Positions 39,001-50,900 of a stretch of 64,000 nucleotides of DNA are shown in pieces. A program made the translations under genes and the position numbers. Within the stretch, counting starts at the first letter, position 1. Each line of letters starts with the position of its first letter. Where the stretch lies: the NCBI GenBank assembly GCA_036172245.1, contig JAYWIR010000002.1:992001-1056000 (forward strand). The letters run 5' to 3'. This stretch comes from Raillietiella orientalis. Lineage: Eukaryota. Below the pieces are notes generated by a model. It saw only the letters and a program-made list of their open reading frames with translations. It did no database searches and was not told the DNA's origin.

Positions 39001-42000
39001 GGGAATCTCAGCGCGCACATTATGGGAAAAGCGCTGCAGAGGGTTTCCTGAGCAATGAAGTCGGAGAGCAAACTCTCGAGTGATCTCTTCGAAGGGCGGG
39101 ATTCCCAGCGTACACTTGAACGAAAAACTTCCACGCTTTCCCATGTTCCCTGGACGGTTGCACGAGGAGAATCCCAAGTCCTCAGCTGCGGTCGCAGCAG
39201 CGGAACGCGCACCTGCGACCTTCCTTAACGGAACGGCAGCTCGCGCAAGAAGGGCCCCAGCGTCAGGAGAACGGAGCTTGGGCCCGCCTTACATTGTGTT
39301 TGCAGTTAATTACAGATGAACTTTGCCACTGGACTTTGGGCAGCTCGAGGGAATAGCGTATCAAAAAGGTAAATGGAAATGAAAGTTCGAATATCTTGAG
39401 TTTCAAGATCGCAAGTAGGCGAGTATCGCCTGGGTCCCGGGTTCGTGCCGAAGAGCAACGGCTTTTACGAGAGGGAGGAGAGGTAAACAGAACGTGCGCT
39501 GGGAGTGCCTGGTACTCCGTAAGGGGCAAAGTGTTTCAGCGTGCCTTCGAGGATCTGGAAAGCCGTTACCGGTGAAACTGTGCAGCCACTCTGCAAGTGA
39601 GCTACCATGGCAACGAGGCAACTCGTTTCCTCAACTTTGCGGGGGAAGAAACCGGCAAGGGGTCAGAGGCACCCCGACAGCAGAATTCAGCCAATCGAAA
39701 TTTTCAGCGGTGACCTCAGGGAAGCAGAATGAGCTTCTCCTCCCCTTGGAAAGAAGCAGCAAGAACGCTCTTGGTGTTTCTGATGAGCACTCCAAGCTTG
39801 CAGTCCATCCGCCGCTGGGCTTTTTCGAACTTCAAACAGCAAAAGCAGGGTGCGAGATCAGCAGGCAAAATACGTACCCCGGATGCTCAAGGAGGAGCAC
39901 TAATTTGGGCATTCCAGCTCGCTTTGATGTCTCATTACCCCACTCGGACAATTCTGAGTGAATGTGATCATTCGCTTCCAGCGTTGGCCATCCTTGGCCA
40001 ACGCTGATCTGCATGCAAAAAAAATATTGACAGGTAAAAGGCATGTACGGAAATCGTTTAGCAAATCGAAGCGAATCAACAAATGGTACCGACACCCTGG
40101 AGTCCGAACGATGGGATGCGAAAGCAGGGAGGAGCACAACAGGAACTGGTGAACAGAGCGAGTCTTGTTCTTGAGACAGACGAAGCAAAACTCAAAGTAC
40201 CCAAGGAACAGGAAAAAGAAATACTCTTGGCTGCGCAAGAACACTTAGCGAGTAAAAAAGGATTTTTTTTTTTTTTCCCGGAAGAGAAGGGGATACATCA
40301 GATGGCTAAGAGTAAATGCACATTGGAGAACGAAATCCTAAAGAAGCAACAATCTCGCTTCACGAAAGTTCTGGAAAATGGGAGCGATTGGTCCATTGGT
40401 CCGGCCGCAGATTCTCACTGAGATTCGCAAGATAAACTGATCCCTAGCTCCAACAAAAAATACTGCTAGACTACCACTTGATGATGACACAAAATCCCAA
40501 GATGCCTAGGAACGCGCAAAAAATGCGAAGATGTGGATTTTCCTCTTTCAGTTTCTCTGTAGCGTCAGATGCAGTCGTCATTCGAGACAAGAGAAGATGT
40601 GGACATTTGGGTTTTATGAAATGGAAAATATGCTCCAGCCACTGATCACATGTTCGTTGGAATCAGTTCTGGTGCACCATTTTACGTTGCTACGATACCA
40701 AAAGCAGAACCACGACTGGTGAAATGTCGCGTGAAAAACTCATACGACTTTCTTCGTGACTTCGCGCCTTCTGGGTTGAACATTGAAAGAAAAATCACGG
40801 AGAAGGATGAGAAGTATCCAAGGTAACCGAGTAGGTCAGAAATTCATGCTCTCCTCCGAATCAAGAAGCAAAGAATGTCTGGCGGATGTTCCCTCAAACG
40901 TCGATGTTCAATCTGCAACAGTGTTCGAGTTCCTGTCCTTTCGTCCTGAGACGAACACGCATCCAAGTATTGCGCTGCTCAGCTCTGGTTCAGAAGAAGC
41001 AAGCTTTTGCTCCCGGAACACAGGGATGGGTCTTGTAGTCTACAAACCTGACATTTGTTAATGAAGCTGGGGGAACGCACCGCTGGGAATTCACGTGTTT
41101 TTATGTGCATCGTCGATAAGGAACCGATGCCAGCATGCACTCAGGCATTCGCTGGTCTGCCAAATCCGGTGGTGTCATTAAAATCTGTTAAGCATATCCG
41201 AGACATGACTTCACGCCACGACAACAGCGCTGCAGAAAATGGAACGCGGCAACAAGGTGCAGGAAGGATTCTCAGAGTTCGTTGTCACGCGGAGAAATGA
41301 ATTTCCTCCAAAGTGGTGCATATAAATGCTCCAAGTACTTGGGTATCTGTATAAATTCACTGCTCCGCTTAATAATTGGATGCTGGGTTTACCCACGTGC
41401 AGGTGACAGATTAAGTTTTCAGCTTGTTTTCGCCACGCAGGAGCTACCAAGTTTGAAACGCACTGATCCAGTTCCCAGTCGAAATAATGGTTTCGCTTAT
41501 TACTTATCTTTGCTCACGATTAGAGCATTTGTCAAGGCCAGGAGAAAAGTGAACGAGTGAACTCGTTGCAGGAACCACCGTGCATCTCCGCCTGCTTCAT
41601 TAGTGTGCACTGAATAAATGCTCTTCCGAGTGCCTTTATTCTTAGGAATGCACAACGGTCCTGTAGGAGACCCAATTCGAAAAGTGAGTGAGCATCCCAG
41701 GTCTGTGTGCAGTGTGCTTCTCATACTATTCATTCCTGTCAGATCCGTGCGTGACGCGAAACGTTCTCGGGACTGCACCTTCCATTCCGTATTCTTCAAG
41801 CACTGAAAGAGCATTACGAGCAAACCCCAATTCACTCCTCATTGGACGATTCACTGATAAATCATTCTTTGAAATAGCAGTTCTTGCTTGATTTCCTTTT
41901 CTTTTCCTCTCATAACGCGAGTGTGTTCTCAGAGAGATGTTCTCCCCTCGCTGCTTTGCAGATTCTCAAGGCATGCCCTTGTCCATACCTATCGTGGAAT

Positions 42001-44488
42001 ACCATATTCTTGCACTGTTGGGATTCCAGGAGCCCCCATGTAGATTTTGTGTAAGTCACGCCATAACGCGATTGATATCCTTGTGATTCCAACTCTTGCA
42101 GACACTATAAGGTGCTGGAATAGGGTCTGAGCATTTTAAATAGCATGCTCAGAAGGCCAAAAACAAACACGTGAATACGTACCTTTGTCTATTTATGTAC
42201 ATTTATACATCTACATGTGCTCAGAAATATAATGAAGTCTGCACACATAACCAAAATGATCATCTAATCATCTCATTTCTATCCATCTTTGGTATATATG
42301 TGTATTATGTGCACGAATGTATATCGCTCAACATGTAAAAGTGAAACACTCAGACTCCAGCAGTCTTAATAAGTCTTAGAAAAGTAGGAAGTAAAGTCAC
42401 TCTGGGAAACGGGGATGCCATCCTCGAAGGAGACAAGCATGCTGACCTGTTACAGAAAAATATCAGGAAACCAATATTTCGATATTTATTCAATACGGTA
42501 ATGAGTCAGTAGAGGGCTGTCCAAGCCAGGAGCCCATTCCGTTCAAGGAAGCAGGAATGGACCACTGACCGACTGCTTCCGCGTGTGCGCTCCCGTGTTC
42601 GCTGCGGATCAGCAAGGAAGACTTTTCGCACAGTGCGACAGGATAGCTGTCCCTCATCTTTGCCAGCGGAATCAGTCAAAAACGACTTTGAAAAGGAACC
42701 AGGAATGCGGCAGTCTCCACTCATGCAGGGAGGGAAGGAGACATCGTAAATATACATATTGGCCTCTACATCCAAAAGGATGGCGATCGACTGAGCTAGA
42801 AAACCAGCTTGTCTCTCAAAATAGATTTCGCACGCGACGTTTTGATGCTTTCGTCTCGTTCGTGTTCGCCGAACACCTTTCCAAAGACGGAATGGGTTCC
42901 CCCAATGATCTTCTGCCTCATTATGATGACTCCACCGAAGCGTTGCCGAGTTTGCTGAGAAAACAAATCCCCGTTTCCCTGCGCTCGAGAGCTGCTGCAT
43001 CTGAGTTGCGAGGTGGCGATTGTTCCAAAGAGGCTGCGGAGTTTTACGACAAAGGATGTTCCGAAGACGGGACTTCCAGAGATCCCAGCACAGCAATCTG
43101 GAGGGACATCTGTGGGCTAATTCAAATACTTCAACACCATTACTGCATGAATCAAGGCGAACAATATCCCTTCCTCCTAGGACGCGTAACCATGTAAATC
43201 AAAGACGGAGAAATTGAAAAATGAAGCCCATGGTGAGAAGGTGGGCTGCATGCAAATGCTCAATAAAGTAGGAGAGAATAAATCCCGAGGCGCACAGAGA
43301 CGCACGAGCATCATTCATCTGCAGTTACGAAAGAAACGCCCAAAGTGTGCTCGAATACGAGATTTTGTATGTCTGACAGGAACATTCCACAAGTTGCGAA
43401 ATCCTCGGTGGATTCATTTCCACACAATTCTGCGTGTGTGTAAATAGGGAGCAGGAAGTGTTTATGAGCTTAGAGCAAATCCGTAAAGTAGCCGTGATAA
43501 CATCTGGATGATGGCAGAGATCTGCTCGATCACGCAAGGGCATTGTGCCTGTTTGATACGCTCTTTCGGGTATCCAGGAAAGAAAAAAAGTGAACCAGAA
43601 TTTTAGGAAAACTGAAACCCCTCCTGAATCCAGCAGCAACCTCGCGAGTCGTGCCGACACAGAGTAACGGAAAATACCCGAACGGATCTTTTCGAAGCGA
43701 AAGAAGGAGCTACCTCTCCCCCCCTACTAGGGGGAGCGACGGTTTTTTTTTTTTTTTTTTTTCCCCCGCCGCAGGATAAGCGCAGGTGCGTAACGTGCAC
43801 TTCTTTCCTCTGGATAGAAAGGCAACTTCGCGATGAGAATAGAGATACGCTCCTCACTCAGTTTCGACCACATCCTCCGAAGTCTGGAGCACACCGTCTG
43901 AATTGGTGCGAGCGATCATTTGCTTTTCTGGATACCCACCCCCCCCTCCCTCGCCTGCCTGCGCAGAGTATCGAATTACGCACTCATTGCTGGAGCGTGG
44001 TGTCAAAAAGGTTATGAGAACTAACATAACTGAAATTGGATTAATACAGAACAAGTGATTTATTCGTTTCAGGTCATCTCTGCCTGACTTGAAGCTGCTC
44101 GGAGCAACAGCATCCCTGAATCAGCCTGAAGATTTTTTTTTTTTTTCATGTGCTCTGTTCTCCTGCTCATGGGCGGAGAGCAGCATAGAGGAACGACAGC
44201 CTCTCTCTTCGACGAAAACGCGAAACATCCAGAGCTGATCTGCTCCCGGATTCCTGTACGAGCGGCTACTTTGTTTGCAAATGTTCGCCCATTCCACCTC
44301 GCGAGTAGCAAGGAATAGATTTTAATTAATCTTTCCAGGAAACAGCATCTCTCATCGGTTCTCACGTTGCCGCGCAGAGAGAGAGAGAGTTCCACAGGGG
44401 TGTTTGGGAATTTCCAGGAGAACGTATTGAAAGTTGATCTTCCTTCTCTAATTTGAATCATCCAAATTCCAAAGTGATGCGGGCAGCT

Positions 44489-44489
<1 letters not shown>

Positions 44490-44522
<33 letters not shown>
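44490..44522. repeat. (CGT)11 trinucleotide microsatellite
   Basis: Direct reading. Confidence 0.95.
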
Positions 44523-44690
44523 GCACCGCAGTGGATCTCTCGCGCCGTGTTTTCCCGTAGCTGCCGAAGGGGGAGGAAACAGTCCTGGAAGTCCTGGAGC
44601 AGGACTTTTCGCCTGCTACGGCCAGAGGAGCGAGTTCCAGCACACAAGTCGCCCAGCTTGACGAAGGGCGCAGTTTCTTTTCCTCCTCCT

Positions 44691-44694
<4 letters not shown>

Positions 44695-44772
<78 letters not shown>
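44695..44772. repeat. Compound (CT)n(GT)n microsatellite
   Basis: Direct reading. Confidence 0.97.
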
Positions 44773-44777
<5 letters not shown>

Positions 44778-47517
44778 AAGGAAGAATGATCCGGGAAAGC
44801 CGTCGCCTCTCCAAGCGTTTTCGAAAAATCCAGGCAGCGAATTCTTCTCACGAACCCAGCATCATCATCCTTCGATACAATAAAATCATTTTCCGGAAGC
44901 TTCCGATGATGTCGCGTGACAAACTCACATGTAAAAACACGGATTTCAAGAGAGCAGGGCTTTCCGAAGTGGGGATTTCCAATTTACGAAAGGGAGTGAT
45001 TCTTATTTATTGCCTTTTCGATGCTGCCTACGAAAGGAAAATTTAATGGGCGCATCCGGGTTGACCAACTCACCTCCGCGTAATTAATTACTGCATTACA
45101 CAGAGAGTGACTGTTTCCTTCTGCGTGGAAACTTTCTGCGATCAGCCCGCGCGCGCGCCGTCTGCCTTCTCCTCCCAGCATCGCCTCGCTGGACCCTAAG
45201 TGAGCTTGCACCGAGGAGAGTTCCGTCGGCAGGATTGGGCGCATCCTGTTCTCCGTTCCGTCCCCTCCCGCCCACCCCCTCTTTCCCCCTGCTTCGGATT
45301 TCCGGCGGGGGTAAGGGAGGCCGCGGGCCCGGAGCTTTTTTCGGGAAATTTCGTGGACCTGCCTGCCTGCTGCCGCTGCTGCCGACGACGACGACGACGA
45401 GAGACACCGTTCACCCACGGCGTGGAGGCTGGGAGATCGAGATGATAACGGAGGCAAGCATCCCTATCTCGGATAGATTCATTAAGCATTCAGCGAGATG
45501 AACCCAATCCCGGTATCATTCTTGAAGAGATACTCAGACATGCATTATAGATCAAGTCTCTGCGAGAGCGCCTTGGAATCTGTAATGGATGGTTTACAAA
45601 ATTGTCTTTTCCTGAAGACAGGGAAAACGAACATGGAGTCCGGTGGGAAGGGAGGGAGTTGGGTGGAAGGACTACAGGAAACGCGCGAGCGCAGCCCGCC
45701 GCGACTCGAAGCGGAGAGACCCTGGAACAGGACAAATAAACAACTAGGCGAAAGGGAGCAGATCCCGACCCCAGACTGACGAGCTCCTGCTCGAAGACAG
45801 ACGTCGCCCTGTCATCTGTGCGGATCCGCGTTCGGGAACACGCGATCCTGCCTCGAGGACGTACGCACACCGCGCATCGCCGAGTGCGCGCGCGCGCGCG
45901 CGTCCCGAAAGGCGTGGCCGATTCGCGAGGAGCTTCTCGCGCGGCGGGGAATGCTCCCGCTCCGCCGTGGAAGGAGTCACCCGTCCCTCGGCGTGGGATG
46001 CACTCGTTGGTCTGGCAGGTCTCCACTCCCCCCTTCCCTCTCCCGCGCCTTCCAGAGACGGACCTTTTCCCTGAGGCTACCTCCCAGAGGAGGATTCACG
46101 GCAAGGCGTCCTCCAGAAAGCGCCTTCTGGCTGTTGCTGTGGTTGCTGGAGAGAGGGAGTCCCGGAACGCCGAACGGTCCTTCCCCGCCGGAAAAGATCC
46201 TCGCCAGCACAAAGGCCCCTTCTTCCTGCGATCTCTCCCTTGCCTTCTCCCGCTCTCCCGCCCGCTTTCCAATGGCGCGTAACACGTGAGCCCAGGATAG
46301 CATCTTCTCGAACTCGGTTTCCGCTCACCGGAGGCAGCGAGCCGACGCCCGCCTGGCGCACCGACGCAACGGGCGCGGGAGCGCACGGGAACATCTGACG
46401 GCCACAAGCCCTCGAGTGAGCAGCAGTTGCGGCAGCCCCAGCCGTGCTGCAGCTCTTGGACGGGCCGCGCCGCTTGGGCGAGTGCGCAGAGGGACCCGTG
46501 GGAACACGGGGGGAACGCGTTCCACGGAACGCCGCCACTCAAGGAGGGCGGGCAGTCGTGCTGCAGGGGAAGGCGGTGGCCACCCAGGGAGGCCGGGTCG
46601 CGCGCCGTACCGCGGAAGCAGACCCTCGATCCCCCTTTCCCGACCCCCTTGTTCCTGGCTCGTCGCCGGTTTCTGTCCCCCACGTCTCTTCGCGAAACTT
46701 TCCGGAAACCGAGGAGAGCCGGGGCTGGCCGTCGCCGCTGGCGGCTCGACGGAGTCGGCGTGGATCGCCCTTTGCCCGAAAGACCGCGCGAACCGGCATC
46801 CCGAGGAAGCTTCCCCGCCTCGGGAAGGGAGTTCAGGCGCGTTTTCCGGATCGGAATCCGGTGGAGGAGGGCGCAGGGTGGTGGGAATCACGTGACCTCG
46901 TTGGAGGGAAACCTGCCGGTCAGGACGAGCCCGTTGGTGAAAGCGAAAACGCGCACTCACATCCGCGCGCCGATGCCTGCGCGCACCCTCGAGGCAACAG
47001 AAGGAACTTTCGGCGGCGGCAGCCGAGTCGAGGCTCTAAAGCGGGACTCAGTCCGTCCGTTGGCGCTCCTGTTTTTAAAACCGTGCATCCCTATAATCCT
47101 CCGAAATCCTGTTCCAGACATGCTTGCCGAACATCAATACAGATCTCCGTTCGAATAAGCTGCAGATCTCATCCCTGCACGTTCTGCAAAAATCCCCGCA
47201 AATGATGATGAAATTTCGGCAGGATGTTTTTTCCCGTTTATTTTTTTTTTTATAAATCCCTGTTTGGGTGCCTCGTCGTTCGGGCTCCCTCTGAAATCGG
47301 CACGACCCTGAAGACTTTTTTTATGTTATCCTCTTCTCTCACTCCTCCTCCTCCTCCCGCGGGAAGAGTGCGCACGCGAGCCGTTTCGTACGGCTGCGCA
47401 CGCTCGCGTGTGTGTATGCGCGGTGAGGAGGAGGAGTTCTTCGCCAGATGCCCCAGGAAGGATGGAAGGAACGCTGGTGGCTCCAGTGGCCCCCATTAGA
47501 ATTCGTCGGCGCGTTGC

Positions 47518-47733
47518 GAAGATGACGCTGGAACTCCGCCGACGCTGAGAACTTCGCGGCACCGCCAGGCGAGCGCGGACAGGCGCACCGATAGGGAAGC
47601 ACCGTCGCCAGCGCGCCCCTGCCTCCACAGAACCGGAAGCGGGAGGCGTGGACTCGAAGAGGGATGCATGAGACGGTGGCAGCATTTCGTCTTCTTCCTC
47701 TCTTCTCCTGCCTCCTTCGGTGGACCGCACTGT
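47518..47733. repeat. Inverted repeat, left arm (pairs with 48432-48650)
   Basis: Manual alignment to the reverse complement of 48432-48650 gives about 25 mismatches plus one 3-nt indel in ~216 bp, with perfect runs of 36 and 43 nt. Both arms translate to DEMLPPSHASLFES..PASGSVEAGARW on opposite strands. Confidence 0.95.
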
Positions 47734-47999
47734 TCTTCCATGCGAAGGCGTCGCCGCCAATGCTCGAACTCGCTCCACCCTTACGTTCCCGCAGTCTCGT
47801 CCGCCCGCAGAAACGGATTCCCAGGTCCACTTCCTTCGAAACGGCATGGATTCCTGAATATACTCGGTAGGCGGCCGTGTCGCCCCACATCCTGGTGACG
47901 TGAGTTTTGTGTCGCGGAGGAACCAGCCACCGTCGATTCAGCCATACGAAGTCGATGCTAGCGTCTCCAAGTAGACGCCTCGCGATCCCCGAGGCTGGG

Positions 48000-50900
48000 A
48001 CGCTTGCATGCCCCTGCCCCACTCTCCTATTCTCCCCAGAGGGAGCTGTCCGTCGTTTCTGCTTACTCCGTGGTCACTTCTTTCGTAGAACGCCCCCGAG
48101 ACAGACGCGTCGTCTCTGAAACGATGGACGTCTGGAGAAACATCTCCAAACCTTGCCTCCCCCGCATTCTGGAGAGAGAAAGAGTGCGCTCGCGAAACGC
48201 CGAATGAAAAACGGGGATCTCTGTGGGGAATCGCATCCCTCTCCTAAACCGAGGGGCTGGGCGCTACTGGTTCTCGGCGTCGCTCATGGGCGCGATAGCA
48301 CCTGGAAGTTCCACGCCACCCGATCTATCTCTCAGGATCTATCCACACCAGCATCCCACAACCTCGAAGGCGGGGCGGGACTCGTTGTTCTGCGCCACCA
48401 CAGTAAGCAGGACCAGAGCGAATTCTGGGTGACAGTGTGGTTTACTGCAGGATGCAGGAGAAGAGAGAAAGGAGACGAAATGCTGCCACCGTCTCATGCA
48501 TCCCTCTTCGAGTCCGCGCTGCCCGCTTCCGGTTCTGTGGAGGCAGGGGCGCGCTGGTGACGGTGCTTCCCTGGCAATGCGCCTGTCCGCGCTCGCCTGA
48601 TGGTGCCACAAAGTTCGCAGCGTTGGCGAAGGAGCGCCAGCGACATCTTCACACTTCCCATGAGGCACGCTCGGCTGCAGCGGCGGACGCGCCGGGTTCT
48701 CGTCGCCAACAGTGCAACTCTGCAGATTGTCAGACGACGCAGTCAAGATGTGTATCTTCTCATCCCCGTGCTTCGCTTCGAGCGGAGGAGCGCTCGCAGC
48801 GAGACCGTTGTCAAGAGGAAGGGTACACAGATCTATGAGCGGGAAGAGGTTCGCAGGAGTCTCGCCTAAAGCCGAAGAACCTGCGGCAGGAACTCGCAGC
48901 ATCGGCTCAGCAGCCACGCGGGTTTTCCCCGTTCGTCCTTTTTCGTTCCCATGCTCCACACCGTTAGCTACGGGGCTCGTGATTCGTGATCAGTGAGGGG
49001 GTTCCTGGACCTAGGAAGCAGTGCAAAGACGGGCGTCGGGATCTTTAGCGTCGTCCTAGGGCTCCGATGGCGGCGAACCGGGGATCTTGCCGCCCAGAGA
49101 GCCCTCTTTTTCCTCGTCGGCGTTCTCCGGCTTTGTCTGGGAGCGAGCGCTTCAGGCTGCAGTCGCAGCCTCTCTCCTGGCAACCTCAACTCCAGTAGCT
49201 CCTTATGGATGCGTCTCCTGGTGATGGCAGATACTAGAGCTTGGGGTAGGGTGGACGCACAGCCACTTCTGAGGGAATTGGGAAACAGACTCCTCCGTTG
49301 ATCGGCCGCAGGCATGATGGCGGTGACCGTTCTTCTTCCAAGTCTCCCGGAAGGAGCATTCTTAGGGAAGATGGTAGAAGGAGTAGTATAGGGCCACTCG
49401 CACCCTCAGTATCGTGAGCGGCTCTTGAGCAGTCTCGCCATCCGAGCGATCTGGCTCTGATCCACCGACTGCGTGCTCCCAGAGGCTGCGGTGAAACGAG
49501 ACTGCTGCTGCTGGTGGAGTCGCATCTTTGCTTGGAATCTTCCGGTGCAGGGGCTCCTGTCCTTCGGCCCAGACCGACCGAGGTTCTCCTCGCCCGGAGA
49601 GTGGGGAATCTCCGGCCTGTGGGTCAGCTCCGTCTTGTCAGGAAGGCGTATTCCCCTCTCCGTGGGGGTCTCTTCTTGGATTCGGAGGCAGTAGACATCC
49701 AGCTCGGTAAGGGACTTCAAAGTGAGTGACCGTCCTCCTGCACTGCTGGACAAACAGCGTCTTGCTGCTGCTGCACATTCTGAAGCTCCCAGAACAGTTC
49801 CTGGAGCTCAGAATGTCCATCAAGTGGGTCCTCCGCGGAACGAAAGGGGTGGTCTCGAATCTCAGGTCTTTTTTTTTCCTATGCTCGTTTGAGGAGAGCA
49901 AGGGTTAAACGACACGGGCAGCGGCCACTCGTCCGATGCCCTCCGAAGCCTGCAGGTGACCGTTAGTGACAAGGTCGTACAGCTCCATGCTTCTGATCCA
50001 AGGTTTCCCGAACCGGAGACGCTGAAGAGATCTCTGTAGACTCACAGGAGTCAATGCCCATGACAAGAATGAGGGGGAAGGGTGTCTGCATTTTGTACTG
50101 CGATGGGAAAAAAGAGAGAATCGAGTGAAGACGCTAGCTCGGAATGGCCTTCTCGAAAATCCCGTGCGCATGTAGCCGCCTCCGAAAACCACCTCCACGC
50201 CGAGGCAGCACTGCTGCGTTCAACGCGATTCATCCCGAAGCCAGAAGGCAACAGCAGTGGCTTTTGCAGGTCATTCGACGTGCGTCCCAAGTGCTCGCTC
50301 GAGTGGCAGCCTGTGGTTCTCCTGGAACTCTGAAACGTACAGTTCGGAGGCGGCTCCATGGATCCACTGGACCCGAGAATCGCGCTAGCGCGCACCTCCC
50401 TGATTTCGATGCGGAAGGGGGAAAGGGAGAAGAGGTGGAGGAGGTGGAGGAAGAGGGACGCATGTCACAAGCACGCACGCGGAACAGTTCCTCCCTGCTC
50501 ACGCACGTGTTGCGAGCCGCGCGCATTGTTCGGAGGCGCCAGACCTTTCAGCTTCACTGATCTGCGCTCACCGAGGAAGCGCCCGGAAACTCAAGGGAGA
50601 AGAAAACGCGGCGGACGTTTTCCAACCCGCAAAGCAGACGGCGCGCGCGTGTCGATGAATGTAGAGAAGGGGGGGGGGGATTCTTTTCACCTTCCTTTTC
50701 CCCCCTCTTTTCTGGTTCTCGGAGGCGGCTAGAGGAGTGCAGCAAGAGAGTGCAGCGGTGGCAGGCGACACAGGAAAGCTCTTGGGGAAACCCGGATCCT
50801 CGGGAAGGGGAGGCGGATTGTCGACGTGAAAGACTCGTCAGAGTCACCCTTCCTTCCTCCCTCTCTCCACCCTTCAAATTGCTGCTGCCATCACCGTGAT

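Larger units (their letters stand above)
40700..47900 (+). mobile_element. Degenerate LINE ORF2 relic (EN, RT, zinc motif), AT-richer 5' half and CpG-rich 3' half
   Basis: FRPET at ~40940; VYPRAGDRLSF at ~41388 (VYAP...RxxF); AAEFYDK and IWRDI at 43033-43110; IIHLQLRKK...IRDFVCLTGTFHKL at 43310-43395 (IxLIPKK...RPISLxxxxYKI); RQPLSS at ~44194; VFAKEE at 44769 (FADD); KGGSWV at ~45650; ALFFH at ~47727; TAWIPEYTR at ~47841. Confidence 0.6.
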
